Assembly: GCA_031413495.1 (NCBI GenBank)
Contig: JANOFE010000178.1
Location: forward strand, 15,888 to 79,887
Origin: Pseudorhodobacter sp.
GTDB lineage: Bacteria; Pseudomonadota; Alphaproteobacteria; Rhodobacterales; Rhodobacteraceae
DNA: 64,000 bases
Direction: 5' to 3'
Numbering within the stretch: the stretch's first letter is position 1; each line of letters opens with the position of its first letter. The notes below the pieces were generated by a model that worked only from the letters and a program-made list of their open reading frames with translations, was not told the origin of the DNA and ran no database searches. The translations under genes and the position numbers were made by a program. Below are positions 1 to 10,174 of the stretch, one piece after another.

Positions 1-1341
1 GCGTTTGGGTCTTTGCGTGTTGGTTTGCGGATGCGGCGTGTGGCGACCGTGCTTTCGGGATCGGCGTGCTGTGTTTACGGGTTGACGTTTGTTTCGCATT
101 TCTACGGCGCGCGTCGTTCCGTGGGATATGTACCGTTCAATTCTGAATCTTTGGTTACTGGCAAGCTCTTTGAAGATATCCGCGACGCGGTGCATGAGAT
201 TGCTGACCCTGCGAATTATGATGCGGTTGTGGTCACAAACCTATGTGTTCCAACGGCTTCCGGGGTTCCGTTAAAGTTGCTGCCGACCCAGATTAACGGG
301 GTGCGGATTGTGGGAATTGACGTGCCGGGGTTCGGTATTCCGACCCATGCCGAGGCCAAAGATGTGCTGGCGGGCGCGATGTTGAAATACGCACGGGCAG
401 AGATTGAGGCGGGGCCGGTGCAGGCACCTGTGGCGGGGCGGTCGGATCGCCCGACGGTCACTTTGCTGGGCGAAATGTTCCCGGCGGACCCGATGATGAT
501 TGGCGCGATGTTGGCCCCGATGGGGTTGGCGGCGGGGCCTGTGGTGCCGTGCCGTGAATGGCGGGAATTGTACGCGGCGCTGGATAGTGACGTGGTGGCA
601 GCGGTGCATCCGTTTTACACGGCGGCGGTGCGGGAATTTCAGACTGCGGGGCGTAAAGTGGTGGGATCGGCCCCGGTTGGGCGCGATGGCACCATGGCTT
701 GGCTGGCGGCGATTGGGGATGCTTACGGTATCTCCGCCGACAAGGTTGCAGCGACGCAGAACGCGTTTTTGCCAGCGATAACAACGGCTTTGGCGGCGAA
801 GCAAATCAAAGGGCGGATCACGCTTTCGGGCTATGAAGGGTCTGAATTGTTGGTGGCGCGCCTGCTGATCGAAAGCGGCGCGGACGTGCTTTATGTGGGC
901 ACCGCTTGTGCGCGCACGCCGTGGTCTGAACCAGACCGCGAATGGCTGGAATCCAAGGGCGTGGCGGTGAAGTATCGCGCGAGCCTTGAGGATGATTGCG
1001 CGGCTATGGAAGGCTTCCGCCCTGACCTTGCGATTGGCACGACGCCTGTTGTGCAAAAGGGCAAACAGCTTGGAATTCCAAGCCTTTACTTCACGAACCT
1101 GATTTCCGCGCGGCCATTGATGGGGCCAGCTGGGGCCGGGTCTTTGGCTGATGTGATCAACGGGGCTATCGGCAATTCTGCGCGGATGGAAAAGATGAAA
1201 GGCTTCTTTGAAGGGGTCGGCGTTGGCGATACGGCGGGCATCTGGGAAGGGTCGCCCAACCTGCGGCCAGACTTCCGGGCGGCGCATCAGAAGAAAATTG
1301 ACAAGGCTGCAAAGCTGGCAAAATCGGAGGAAATGATATGA
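1..1341 (+). CDS. bchY: chlorophyllide a reductase subunit Y (5' partial, truncated by window edge)
   Basis: The frame stays open back to nt 1 (AFGSLRVGLRMRR...). The translation carries nitrogenase-like BchY hallmarks (SGSACCVYGLTFVSHFYGARRSVGYVPFNSE, NLCVPTASG). It sits directly upstream of bchZ-pufQ, as in Rhodobacter photosynthesis clusters. Confidence 0.93.
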   Translation, partial: AFGSLRVGLRMRRVATVLSGSACCVYGLTFVSHFYGARRSVGYVPFNSESLVTGKLFEDIRDAVHEIADPANYDAVVVTNLCVPTASGVPLKLLPTQINGVRIVGIDVPGFGIPTHAEAKDVLAGAMLKYARAEIEAGPVQAPVAGRSDRPTVTLLGEMFPADPMMIGAMLAPMGLAAGPVVPCREWRELYAALDSDVVAAVHPFYTAAVREFQTAGRKVVGSAPVGRDGTMAWLAAIGDAYGISADKVAATQNAFLPAITTALAAKQIKGRITLSGYEGSELLVARLLIESGADVLYVGTACARTPWSEPDREWLESKGVAVKYRASLEDDCAAMEGFRPDLAIGTTPVVQKGKQLGIPSLYFTNLISARPLMGPAGAGSLADVINGAIGNSARMEKMKGFFEGVGVGDTAGIWEGSPNLRPDFRAAHQKKIDKAAKLAKSEEMI

Positions 1342-1414
1342 TTTCCACCGTATGCAACCCGTGCTTTAGCTGTGCTTTGTCCGTGCATACGCGCGGCCAC
1401 ACGGGGGTGACCCC

Positions 1415-2896
1415 ATGCTAGTGCAAGATCATGATCGCGCGGGCGGGTATTGGGGGGCGATTTATGCTTTCTGTGCCGTTAAGGGATTGCAGGTTGTCAT
1501 CGACGGCCCGGTGGGCTGTGAGAACCTGCCAGTGACATCAGTTTTGCATTATACCGACGGTTTGCCGCCGCATGAATTGCCGATTGTGGTGACGGGGCTT
1601 GGTGAAGAAGAACTTGGCCGCGATGGCACCGAAGGGGCTATGCGCCGGGCGTGGAAAACGCTGGACCCGGCTTTGCCTGCGGTTGTGGTGACAGGGTCGA
1701 TTGCCGAGATGATCGGCGGTGGTGTCACCCCGATGGGCACCAACATCCAACGTTTCCTGCCGCGCACGATTGATGAAGATCAGTGGGAATGCGCCGACCG
1801 GGCGATGACTTGGATCTTTACCGAATTCGGTATGACCAAGGGCCGGATGCCGCCCGAGGCGAAGCGTGATGAGGGGCAAGAGCCGCGCGTCAATATCCTT
1901 GGGCCGATGTACGGCGTGTTCAATATGGCGAGCGACCTGCACGAAATTCGCAGGCTGGTTGAGGGCATTGGCGCCGATGTGAACATGGTGATGCCGCTGG
2001 GTGCCCATGTGGCCGAGATGCGGCATTTGGTGAATGCGGATGTGAACATCTGTATGTACCGCGAATTTGGCCGGGGCTTAAGCGAGGTGTTGGGCAAGCC
2101 TTATCTGCAAGCACCGATTGGGATGGATAGCACGACGTCGTTCCTGCGCAAGCTGGGCGAAATGCTGGGGCTGGACCCGGAGCCGTTTATCGAGCGGGAA
2201 AAGCATTCGACGCTGAAACCGGTTTGGGATTTGTGGCGTTCTGTGACCCAAGATTTCTTTGCAACGGCCAGCTTTGGCATCGTGGCGAATGAAACCTATG
2301 CGCGGGGGATCAGGAATTACCTTGAATCCGATTTGGGCCTGCCTTGTGCGTTTGCAGTGGCACGGACGCGGGGCAAAAAGACTGACAACAACGCTGTGCG
2401 CGCGATGATGCGCCAGCACCGGCCCCTGATCGTGATGGGGTCGATCAATGAGAAGATGTATCTGGCGGAACTGAAGGGCGGCTTTGGGCCGGCCCCCAGT
2501 TTCATCGCGGCGTCGTTTCCCGGCGCAGCGATCCGTCGCGCGACTGGCACGCCGTTCATGGGTTACGCCGGGGCCGTCTGGATATTGCAAGAAGTTTGCA
2601 ACGGGTTGTTTGATGCGCTGTTCCATATTCTGCCGCTGGGCACCGATATGGATAGTGCGGCGGCGACCCCCACCACCCTGCGGCGCGATTTCCCTTGGGA
2701 TGTTGATGCGCAGGCCGAACTGGACCGGATCGTTTCTGAACACCCGGTTCTGACCCAAATTTCCGCAGCCCGCACCTTGAGGGACGCCGCCGAAAAGGCC
2801 GCGCTTGATAGTGGCGCAGAGCGGGTTTTACGCGAAACGGTGGAGGCCCTTCGGGGCCCCGGCCAAAGACCAGCCGTTGATGGAGGAAAACCATGA
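1415..2896 (+). CDS. bchZ: chlorophyllide a reductase subunit Z
   Basis: 493 aa. The N-terminus [39 protein letters not shown] is typical of BchZ. Synteny bchY-bchZ-pufQ. Confidence 0.95.
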   Translation: MLVQDHDRAGGYWGAIYAFCAVKGLQVVIDGPVGCENLPVTSVLHYTDGLPPHELPIVVTGLGEEELGRDGTEGAMRRAWKTLDPALPAVVVTGSIAEMIGGGVTPMGTNIQRFLPRTIDEDQWECADRAMTWIFTEFGMTKGRMPPEAKRDEGQEPRVNILGPMYGVFNMASDLHEIRRLVEGIGADVNMVMPLGAHVAEMRHLVNADVNICMYREFGRGLSEVLGKPYLQAPIGMDSTTSFLRKLGEMLGLDPEPFIEREKHSTLKPVWDLWRSVTQDFFATASFGIVANETYARGIRNYLESDLGLPCAFAVARTRGKKTDNNAVRAMMRQHRPLIVMGSINEKMYLAELKGGFGPAPSFIAASFPGAAIRRATGTPFMGYAGAVWILQEVCNGLFDALFHILPLGTDMDSAAATPTTLRRDFPWDVDAQAELDRIVSEHPVLTQISAARTLRDAAEKAALDSGAERVLRETVEALRGPGQRPAVDGGKP

Positions 2897-3126
2897 CTAA
2901 CCACAGCACGAACGGGGTTGAAGCCCACGCAGAGCACCATCCGGCGCGCACGCCGCATGCCGAGTTCTATGTGTATTTTGCCCTGATATTTCTTGTCGCC
3001 ACGCCGTTTTCGATCCTTGGGTGGATTGCCAGCGCTGTGACGCAAGGCGAGATGCCGGACCAAAACGCGATTTCGCGGGCCTGGTCCGAGGCACAGGCGA
3101 TTACGCCACTGATTTTCCGGGCCTAA
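2893..3126 (+). CDS. pufQ: PufQ (bacteriochlorophyll biosynthesis/assembly factor)
   Basis: 77 aa. The ATG overlaps the bchZ stop (ATGA). It has one hydrophobic segment. It resembles the R. capsulatus PufQ pattern as I recall it ([18 protein letters not shown] ... [15 protein letters not shown]). Position between bchZ and pufB. Confidence 0.85.
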   Translation: MTNHSTNGVEAHAEHHPARTPHAEFYVYFALIFLVATPFSILGWIASAVTQGEMPDQNAISRAWSEAQAITPLIFRA

Positions 3127-3203
3127 CGGGCCGGATACGTCTTTTGCCCGCCCCGCCACTTGGGGAGGGTAAATCGCTGGGGGGGAAACCTGCCTGGCAA
3201 CCC

Positions 3204-3222
3204 CGCCGCAGGGATTGCGGCG
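3204..3222 (+). promoter_or_regulatory. stem-loop in the pufB 5' leader (cgccgca-gggat-tgcggcg)
   Basis: 7-bp perfect stem with a 5-nt loop, 26 nt upstream of the pufB ATG. 5' hairpins are known stability elements of Rhodobacter puf mRNA. The function here is inferred only. Confidence 0.3.
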
Positions 3223-3247
3223 TCAGCTTGCCCATCCGGAGGATAGT

Positions 3248-3397
3248 ATGGCTGATAGATCCGACCTGAGTTTCACAGGTCTTACAGACGAACAAGCGCA
3301 GGAACTACACTCCGTCTACATGAGCGGGCTTTGGTTGTTCACAACCATCGCAGTCGTTGCTCATTTGGCAGTGTGGATCTGGCGTCCGTGGCTTTGA
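3248..3397 (+). CDS. pufB: light-harvesting 1 (B870) beta polypeptide
   Basis: [49 protein letters not shown] is a canonical LH1 beta sequence with the conserved His. A GGAGG sits 7 nt upstream of the ATG at 3248. The ORF-track start at 3215 is a TTG extension. Confidence 0.93.
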   Translation: MADRSDLSFTGLTDEQAQELHSVYMSGLWLFTTIAVVAHLAVWIWRPWL

Positions 3398-3411
3398 GGG
3401 GGAGATAGAAC

Positions 3412-3597
3412 ATGTCCAAGTTTTACAAAATCTGGCTGATCTTTGATCCGCGTCGCGTTTTCGTGGCGCAAGGGGTTTTCCTCTTCCTGTTGGCAGCGAT
3501 GATTCACCTCGTCCTGCTGAGCACACCTGGTTACAACTGGCTTGAAGAAGCAGGCGCCCGCAATATGGCACCCGCTGAAGCAGCGCCGGCACCGTAA
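3412..3597 (+). CDS. pufA: light-harvesting 1 (B870) alpha polypeptide
   Basis: [45 protein letters not shown] is nearly identical in pattern to Rhodobacter PufA. Confidence 0.95.
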   Translation: MSKFYKIWLIFDPRRVFVAQGVFLFLLAAMIHLVLLSTPGYNWLEEAGARNMAPAEAAPAP

Positions 3598-3610
3598 CTG
3601 GACTTCACCT

Positions 3611-3645
3611 GTTGCGGGCGGCCCCTACAAACGGCCGCCCGTAAC
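3611..3645 (+). promoter_or_regulatory. pufA-pufL intercistronic stem-loop (mRNA stability element)
   Basis: gttgcgggcggcc (3611-3623) pairs with ggccgcccgtaac (3633-3645). This gives a 13-bp stem with one G-U pair and a 9-nt loop, starting 14 nt after the pufA stop. Confidence 0.6.
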
Positions 3646-3725
3646 GACCAACCAACAATTATGGACGGCACCGGTGTTGCGTGATGCGCATCGGCATAGC
3701 CTCCTCGCCAGACGGAGAGGGAAGC

Positions 3726-4574
3726 ATGGCACTGCTCAGCTTCGAGAGAAAATACCGGGTGCCGGGTGGCACGCTTGTCGGTGGAAACTTGTTCGACTTT
3801 TGGGTCGGGCCGTTTTATGTCGGCTTTTTCGGGGTCACCGCATTTTTCTTCGCGGTCCTTGGAACAATTCTGATTTTTTACGGGGCGGCGCTGCAAGGCA
3901 CTTGGAACCCGTGGCTGATCTCTATCAATCCGCCGGCCATTGAATTGGGGCTTGCTGCAGCACCGCTGCGCGAGGGTGGGTTGTGGCAGATCATCTCAAT
4001 CTGCGCCTTTGGATCGTTCGTATCCTGGGCGCTGCGCGAAGTTGAGATTTGCCGCAAGCTGGGCATGGGGTATCATGTGCCCTTTGCCTTTGGGTTTGCC
4101 ATTCTGGCTTACGTGACACTGGTGTTCATCCGACCCGTGTTGATGGGGGCTTGGGGATATGCGTTTCCCTATGGCATCTTCAGCCATCTCGATTGGGTCA
4201 GCAACACCGGCTACCAATACGGCAACTTCCACTACAACCCGGCGCATATGCTGGCGGTGTCGTTCTTCTTTACCACCGCTTTGGCATTGTCGTTGCATGG
4301 GGCGTTGATCTTGTCGGCGGCGAACCCTGAAAAGGGCAAAGAGATGCGGACGCCTGACCATGAGGATACCTTCTTTCGCGATCTGATCGGCTATTCGGTT
4401 GGCACGCTTGGTATTCACCGTCTGGGTCTTTTGCTGGCGCTGAATGCCACATTCTGGTCGGCGGTTTGTATCGTTATCTCGGGCACCATCTGGTTTGATC
4501 AATGGATCGTGTGGTGGGACTGGTGGCTTGAATTGCCATGGTGGGCCGGCATTGAGGGAGGCGTAAATGGCTGA
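3726..4574 (+). CDS. pufL: photosynthetic reaction centre L subunit
   Basis: [36 protein letters not shown]... is canonical PufL. A GGAGAGGGAAG RBS precedes the ATG at 3726. The upstream ORF-track start at 3681 is rejected. Confidence 0.97.
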   Translation: MALLSFERKYRVPGGTLVGGNLFDFWVGPFYVGFFGVTAFFFAVLGTILIFYGAALQGTWNPWLISINPPAIELGLAAAPLREGGLWQIISICAFGSFVSWALREVEICRKLGMGYHVPFAFGFAILAYVTLVFIRPVLMGAWGYAFPYGIFSHLDWVSNTGYQYGNFHYNPAHMLAVSFFFTTALALSLHGALILSAANPEKGKEMRTPDHEDTFFRDLIGYSVGTLGIHRLGLLLALNATFWSAVCIVISGTIWFDQWIVWWDWWLELPWWAGIEGGVNG

Positions 4575-5490
4575 GTATCAAAATATCTTCACCCAAGTTC
4601 AGGTTCGTGCAGCACCTGAGATGGGGATGGTCGAAGGCGTCGATCTGTCTAACCGCAGCAATGGCGCGCGCTTTTCCACTCTTGCGGGATGGTTTGGCAA
4701 CGCGCAACTGGGGCCGATTTACCTTGGCACATTCGGGGTGATCGGGCTTGGCGCGGGGGCCATCTGGTTTCTGATGGTGGGGGCGTGGTTCTGGGATCAG
4801 GCGGGGTACAATCCGGCGGTGTTCCTGCGCGATCTGTTCTGGCTGTCGCTTGATCCGCCATCGGCAGATTACGGCCTGCGCATGCCGCCATTGCGAGAGG
4901 GGGGCTATTTCCTGATTGCGTCGTTCTTTCTGCTGATCTCGGTCTGTTCCTGGTGGGTGCGCACATACCTTCGTGCCGCTGCCTTGGGCATGGGCAAACA
5001 TGTGGCCTGGGCCTTTGCCAGCGCCATCTGGTTGTTTTTGGTGCTTGGCCTGATCCGGCCCGTGCTGATGGGGTCTTGGTCGGAAGCCGTGCCTTATGGC
5101 ATTTTCACGCATCTGGACTGGACCAACAACTTTTCGCTGACCTATGGCAACCTGTTCTACAACCCGTTCCACGCGCTGAGCATTGCGTTCCTTTATGGAT
5201 CGGCGCTGCTGTTTGCGATGCACGGGGCGACCATTCTGGCGGTCAGCCGTTTCGGCGGCGACCGCGAGTTGGAACAGATTGTTGACCGGGGAACTGCATC
5301 TGAACGCGCCGCCTTGTTCTGGCGCTGGACGATGGGCTTCAACGCGACGATGGAAGGCATTCACCGTTGGGCGTGGTGGTTTGCAGTGTTGGTGACGCTA
5401 ACCGGCGGGATCGGCATTCTGTTGACCGGAACGGTTGTTGATAACTGGTATGTCTGGGCGCAGGACCACGGCTATGCGCCGTTGGATTGA
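4567..5490 (+). CDS. pufM: photosynthetic reaction centre M subunit
   Basis: [21 protein letters not shown]... is canonical PufM. It overlaps the pufL stop by 8 nt (ATGGCTGA). Confidence 0.97.
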   Translation: MAEYQNIFTQVQVRAAPEMGMVEGVDLSNRSNGARFSTLAGWFGNAQLGPIYLGTFGVIGLGAGAIWFLMVGAWFWDQAGYNPAVFLRDLFWLSLDPPSADYGLRMPPLREGGYFLIASFFLLISVCSWWVRTYLRAAALGMGKHVAWAFASAIWLFLVLGLIRPVLMGSWSEAVPYGIFTHLDWTNNFSLTYGNLFYNPFHALSIAFLYGSALLFAMHGATILAVSRFGGDRELEQIVDRGTASERAALFWRWTMGFNATMEGIHRWAWWFAVLVTLTGGIGILLTGTVVDNWYVWAQDHGYAPLD

Positions 5491-5502
5491 GGGGAGGCAG
5501 GG

Positions 5503-5736
5503 ATGACATACAAACCCTATGACAGCGAAGAAAACCACAAGGTGCTGTTGTTCGTCTGGGCACTGCGGCAAACATTGCGGGGCGTTGGTTGGGCCTGTGC
5601 AGGGTTCGTGGTTGTGATCGGCATTTATGTGTTTTTGCGCATTGCTGCCGGGTTTCTGCCGCCGGAAAGCAAGGAAGCACCGTCGCCCTACGGCGCAATA
5701 GAGCAAGCAATACCAGCGGACCTGCGCATCGCTTAG
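5503..5736 (+). CDS. pufX: PufX-like RC-LH1 core complex protein
   Basis: 77 aa with a single TM helix, immediately after pufM. GVGWACAGFVVVIGIYVFLRIAAGFLPPESKEAPSPYG resembles Rhodobacter PufX as I recall it (sphaeroides ..GAGWAGGVFFGTLLLIGFF..MLPIQENQAPAPN; capsulatus ..LPERAHQAPSPY). Confidence 0.75.
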   Translation: MTYKPYDSEENHKVLLFVWALRQTLRGVGWACAGFVVVIGIYVFLRIAAGFLPPESKEAPSPYGAIEQAIPADLRIA

Positions 5737-5857
5737 GTGCGCGTCCGTGACCAGGGCGGGTGTTTTCGGCCTGGTTGCACCCATTCGGGCCACATTGCCG
5801 GCCCGTTTCCGTGGCGAGATTTGCCCGGTTCCCTACCTGTTGGCGACAGGGACCTGG

Positions 5858-5891
5858 TGCCGTGTGGTCAGACCTGCACGGCATCTTTTTT
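5858..5891 (+). terminator. candidate intrinsic terminator of the puf operon
   Basis: tgccgtg (5858-5864) pairs with cacggca (5877-5883), followed by tcTTTTTT (5884-5891). It lies 17 nt before the dxs ATG. Confidence 0.5.
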
Positions 5892-5907
5892 GGTTTAAGG
5901 ATCCAGT

Positions 5908-7836
5908 ATGTCAGAGACACCCATTCTTGACCGCGTGGCAGGCCCTGCCGATCTGAAGCGTCTTAGTGATTCCGAACTGGGCCTGCTGGCGGGTGAGTTG
6001 CGGCGCGAAGTGATTTCGGTGGTGTCGGAAACCGGCGGGCACTTGGGATCTTCGCTGGGGGTGGTTGAACTGTCGGTGGCCATTCACGCGGTGTTCAATG
6101 CGCCGGTGGACAAGCTGATCTGGGACGTGGGCCACCAATGTTATCCGCATAAAATTCTGACCGGGCGCCGGGCAAAGATGCGGACGTTGCGGCAGGGTGG
6201 CGGGTTGTCGGGTTTCACCAAGCGGTCGGAGTCTGATTTTGACCCGTTCGGGGCTGCGCATTCATCAACCTCAATCTCGGCAGCGCTTGGGTTTGCGATG
6301 GGGCGCGAGCTGGGCCAGCCGGTGGGCGATACGATTGCGGTCATTGGGGACGGGGCCATTACGGCGGGCATGGCCTATGAGGCGATGAACCATGCGGGGC
6401 ATCTGAAAAAACGGCTGTTTGTGATCTTGAATGACAACGATATGTCGATAGCACCGCCGGTGGGGGCGATGTCGAAATACCTGCTGGGGCTGTCTGCCGG
6501 ATCGCCCTTCGCGGCCCTTAAGGCGGCCGCCGAGGGATTTGAGGCAGTGCTGCCCGGCCCATTGCGCGATGGCGCACGCCGGGCGCGGGCCTTGGTCACC
6601 GGCATGCCGGGTGGCGGCACGTTGTTTGAGGAATTGGGCTTTAGCTATATCGGGCCGATTGACGGGCATGATATGCCGCAGCTTTTGGCCACCCTGCGCG
6701 CGGCACGGGCACGCGCGACCGGGCCGGTACTGATCCACGCGGTCACGGTGAAGGGCAAGGGCTTTGCGCCCGCCGAAAGTGCCGCCGACAAGTATCACGG
6801 GGTGGCCAAGTTTGATGTGGCCACCGGGGTGCAGGCGAAATCAAAATCCAATGCGCCCGCCTATACGAACGTATTTGGCAACACCCTGACCGATGAGGCC
6901 GCGCGCGACCCGCGCATCGTGGCGATTACGGCGGCGATGCCATCCGGCACCGGCCTTGACATCATGGCCGCGCGCTTTCCGGGCCGGGTGTTTGATGTGG
7001 GGATTGCGGAGCAGCATGGTGTGACCTTTGCGGCAGGCTTGGCCGCGTCTGGCATGCGGCCGTTTTGCGCGATTTATTCGACCTTTCTGCAACGGGGCTA
7101 TGATCAGATCGTGCATGACGTGGCCTTGCAGGGCTTGCCCGTGCGCTTTGCCATCGACCGGGCGGGGTTGGTGGGCCAGGACGGGGCCACGCATGCCGGT
7201 GCGTTTGATGTGGGGTTTCTGGCCAACCTGCCGGGCTTTACGGTGATGGCGGCAGGCGATGAGGCGGAGTTGATGCATATGGTGGCCACCGCCGTGGTGC
7301 ATGACGACGGGCCGATTGCGTTTCGCTATCCGCGCGGCGAAGGTGCAGGGGTTGAATTGCCGAGCCGGGGGCAGGCGCTGCAAATTGGCCGCGGCCGGGT
7401 GATGGTGGAAGGCACCGATGTGGCGATCCTGTCGTTCGGGGCGCATCTGAACGAGGCTTTGAAGGCCGCCGAACTGCTGGGGGCGGCGGGGGTCAGCGTG
7501 ACGGTGGCGGATGCGCGGTTTGCCAAGCCGCTGGATACCGGGTTGATTGATCAGCTGTGCCGCCATCACGCGGCGTTGATCACGCTGGAGCAGGGGGCGA
7601 CGGGTGGGTTTGGCGCGCAGGTGCTGCATTATCTGGCAAACTCGGGGGGGTTGGATCATGGCATCGCGCTGCGCACCATGACATTGCCAGACCGCTTTAT
7701 TGATCAGGCAAGCCCGGCTGCGATGAATGCCGAGGCCGGGTTGCTTGCGGCGGATATCGTGCGGGTGGTCGCGGGGGCCTATAAGCCGAGACGCCAGCGC
7801 CAGCCCGCTCAGGGGGTAAAACCCCGGTTGGTTTGA
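5908..7836 (+). CDS. dxs: 1-deoxy-D-xylulose-5-phosphate synthase
   Basis: 642 aa. [18 protein letters not shown] and [16 protein letters not shown] are Dxs signatures. A dxs copy next to pufX is typical of Rhodobacter clusters. Confidence 0.96.
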   Translation: MSETPILDRVAGPADLKRLSDSELGLLAGELRREVISVVSETGGHLGSSLGVVELSVAIHAVFNAPVDKLIWDVGHQCYPHKILTGRRAKMRTLRQGGGLSGFTKRSESDFDPFGAAHSSTSISAALGFAMGRELGQPVGDTIAVIGDGAITAGMAYEAMNHAGHLKKRLFVILNDNDMSIAPPVGAMSKYLLGLSAGSPFAALKAAAEGFEAVLPGPLRDGARRARALVTGMPGGGTLFEELGFSYIGPIDGHDMPQLLATLRAARARATGPVLIHAVTVKGKGFAPAESAADKYHGVAKFDVATGVQAKSKSNAPAYTNVFGNTLTDEAARDPRIVAITAAMPSGTGLDIMAARFPGRVFDVGIAEQHGVTFAAGLAASGMRPFCAIYSTFLQRGYDQIVHDVALQGLPVRFAIDRAGLVGQDGATHAGAFDVGFLANLPGFTVMAAGDEAELMHMVATAVVHDDGPIAFRYPRGEGAGVELPSRGQALQIGRGRVMVEGTDVAILSFGAHLNEALKAAELLGAAGVSVTVADARFAKPLDTGLIDQLCRHHAALITLEQGATGGFGAQVLHYLANSGGLDHGIALRTMTLPDRFIDQASPAAMNAEAGLLAADIVRVVAGAYKPRRQRQPAQGVKPRLV

Positions 7837-7965
7837 GGCGATTTCCTGCGAGGATGGGGGTACAAGCCCCTTGCGAACGCTCAGCTATCAGGCCGCATCG
7901 CCCGTTGCCGATGGCTGCGATCTGTGCCACATAAGCGCTGACTTCCATTGGCTGATGAGTATCGC

Positions 7966-8619
7966 ATGACGGATTTTTCCAATCGCCGCACGATGATGGT
8001 CGACACACAAGTGCGGCCATCTGATGTGACCAAGTTTCCGATCATCGAGGCGATGCTGACGATCCCGCGCGAGGCCTATGTGCCGGCGGCGGCGCGCGAG
8101 GCCGCCTATATGGGAGAGAATTTGACCATTGGCGCGGGCCGCGTGATGCTGGAGCCCAGAACGCTGGCAAAGATGCTGGATGCGCTGGATATTCAGCCCA
8201 CGGATGTGGTGTTGGATGTGGGATGTGGTTTGGGGTATTCCAGTGCTGTGATGGCACGGTTCGCCGATGCCGTGGTGGCAGTGGAAAGTGACGCGGACCT
8301 CGCGGCCGAGGCGGAGCGTATTATGGTGGCCCAGGGGGTCGATAATGCCGCCGTGATCTGCGGGCCCTTGGCGGCGGGTGCGGCCAAGCACGGGCCCTAT
8401 GATGTGGTTACTGTGCAAGGCGGCGTCGAGACGGTGCCTGCGGCGTTGTTGGATCAGATCAAGGATGGCGGGCGGATTGCCTGCATCTTTATGGAAGGCG
8501 CATTGGGTGTGGTGCGCATCGGCCATAAGCGGAATGGCACGGTTGGCTGGCGGTATTCCTTCAACGCTGGTGCGCCGGTGCTGCAAGGCTTTGCAGCAAC
8601 CCGTATTTTTGCCCTTTGA
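7966..8619 (+). CDS. pcm: protein-L-isoaspartate O-methyltransferase family protein
   Basis: MTDFSNRRTMMVDTQVRPSDV is a typical N-terminus of the alphaproteobacterial family. VLDVGCGLGYSSAV is the SAM-binding motif. The ATG at 7948 is an alternative start. Confidence 0.85.
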   Translation: MTDFSNRRTMMVDTQVRPSDVTKFPIIEAMLTIPREAYVPAAAREAAYMGENLTIGAGRVMLEPRTLAKMLDALDIQPTDVVLDVGCGLGYSSAVMARFADAVVAVESDADLAAEAERIMVAQGVDNAAVICGPLAAGAAKHGPYDVVTVQGGVETVPAALLDQIKDGGRIACIFMEGALGVVRIGHKRNGTVGWRYSFNAGAPVLQGFAATRIFAL

Positions 8620-8679
8620 AACCTGGCCCCGCACCCCTATCTGGTGCAAAGGGCGTTACTATTTAGCGGAGCCGACACC

Positions 8680-10053
8680 ATGATGCGGACGATTTTTTGC
8701 GGTCTAGTGGCAGTGTTGATGGTAGTGGCCCCAATGGCGCGGGCGGAAACGCTGGCGGATGCGCTGATCGCGGCGTATCGCAATTCCAACCTGCTGGATC
8801 AAAACCGCGCTGTGCTGCGGGCGGCGGATGAGGATGTGGCAATTGCCGTGTCCGATTTGCGCCCGGTCATCGCCTTTGCGGCGCAAGCAGGCTATGCCCG
8901 GTCAGAATTTTTGAACCCGGTCGGCGGGCGTGCGGTGTCTGAAGGTTTGAATTCCAGCATCAGCCTGACGGCGGATTTTACCCTGCTTGATTTTGGTCGT
9001 AACGCGGTTGCGGTTGAGGTGGCAAAAGAAAGCGTGCTTGCCACACGCGAGGCGCTGGTTGCGGTGGAACAGGGGGTGCTGCTGTCAGCGGTGCAGGCCT
9101 ATGTCGATGTGCGCTTGGCACAGGAAATAGTCGGGTTGCGGCAAAGCAATTTCCGGCTGATCACCCAAGAGTTGCGCGCGGCGGGCGACCGGTTTGAAGT
9201 GGGCGAGATCACCCGCACCGATGTGGCGATTGCCGAGGCGCGTCTGGCGTCATCGCGCGCGTCACTGGCGGCGGCGGAAGGCGATCTGATGGTGGCGCGG
9301 GAAAGCTATAAGGCGGCAACCGGGGCCTATCCGGGGCGGTTGGCGGGATTGCCTGCGACGCCGAAAACCGCGCGGTCGTTGAATGATGCGCAAGCCGTGG
9401 CACAGCGCACGCATCCGGCGATTAGGCAGGCACAGCGGGAGGTGACCATTGCAGACCTGAATGTGGCGCGCGGCAAGGCGGGGATGAAGCCCAGCCTGAC
9501 CGCGCGGGCGACACTTTCGGTGGATGGTGACGGGTTAGACAATCAGAGCCTTGGCCTGAATCTGAACCAGACCCTTTATGCGGGAGGCAAGTTGTCGGCG
9601 CTTTACCGCAAAGCCTTGGCCGGGCGGGACGCATCGCGCGCGGGCCTGCACCAGACATCGGTGCAGGTGGCGCAGAATGTGGGCAATGCCTGGGCCAACC
9701 TTGCGGTGACGGCGGCCAGCATTGATGCCAGCAGCCGCCAGATCATGGCCGCGCAAACCGCCTTCGATGGCGTGCGCGAAGAAGCGACACTGGGGGCACG
9801 CACAACGCTTGATGTGCTGGACGCCGAACAGGAACTGCTCGACGCCCGCGCGTCACGGCTGGAGGCCGAAGCCGGGCGTTATGTGGGGGTTTATGTGCTG
9901 TTGTCATCGATGGGCCTGCTGACGGCGGATCATTTGCGGCTTGGCATCCCGACCTATGACCCGGCTGCCTATTACAACGCGGTTAAAACCGCCCCTGCGA
10001 CATCGGCACAGGGCCGCAAGTTGGATAAAATCCTAGAGAAAATCGGCAATTGA
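8680..10053 (+). CDS. tolC: TolC-family outer-membrane efflux protein
   Basis: Signal peptide MMRTIFCGLVAVLMVVAPMARA followed by ETLADALIAAYRNSNLLDQNRAVLRAADEDV. Two-repeat TolC architecture. pcm-tolC synteny is common in alphaproteobacteria. Confidence 0.85.
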   Translation: MMRTIFCGLVAVLMVVAPMARAETLADALIAAYRNSNLLDQNRAVLRAADEDVAIAVSDLRPVIAFAAQAGYARSEFLNPVGGRAVSEGLNSSISLTADFTLLDFGRNAVAVEVAKESVLATREALVAVEQGVLLSAVQAYVDVRLAQEIVGLRQSNFRLITQELRAAGDRFEVGEITRTDVAIAEARLASSRASLAAAEGDLMVARESYKAATGAYPGRLAGLPATPKTARSLNDAQAVAQRTHPAIRQAQREVTIADLNVARGKAGMKPSLTARATLSVDGDGLDNQSLGLNLNQTLYAGGKLSALYRKALAGRDASRAGLHQTSVQVAQNVGNAWANLAVTAASIDASSRQIMAAQTAFDGVREEATLGARTTLDVLDAEQELLDARASRLEAEAGRYVGVYVLLSSMGLLTADHLRLGIPTYDPAAYYNAVKTAPATSAQGRKLDKILEKIGN

Positions 10054-10174
10054 TTGTTGCTTGGCTGGAAACCGCCGACGCACATTAAGGGTCTGGAAAC
10101 GAATCCTCGTCAAGTTCTTGTGTAGGGACCGGGCGTCCAGTACACTTGCACCAAGAAAAATGATCGAGCGATTT

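Noticed and set aside
271-1287. 338-aa minus-strand ORF antisense to bchY.
   Set aside because: It is Arg/His/Pro-rich with no recognisable family, and it lies fully inside a confidently identified gene. This is a typical shadow ORF of high-GC DNA.
3215-3247. TTG-initiated 11-codon N-terminal extension of pufB in the ORF track.
   Set aside because: The canonical LH1-beta N-terminus ([11 protein letters not shown]) starts at the ATG at 3248, which has a GGAGG RBS. The extension overlaps the leader hairpin.
5747-5956. 69-aa ORF spanning the puf 3' UTR and the start of dxs.
   Set aside because: It crosses the terminator hairpin and overlaps dxs out of frame. It has no family resemblance.
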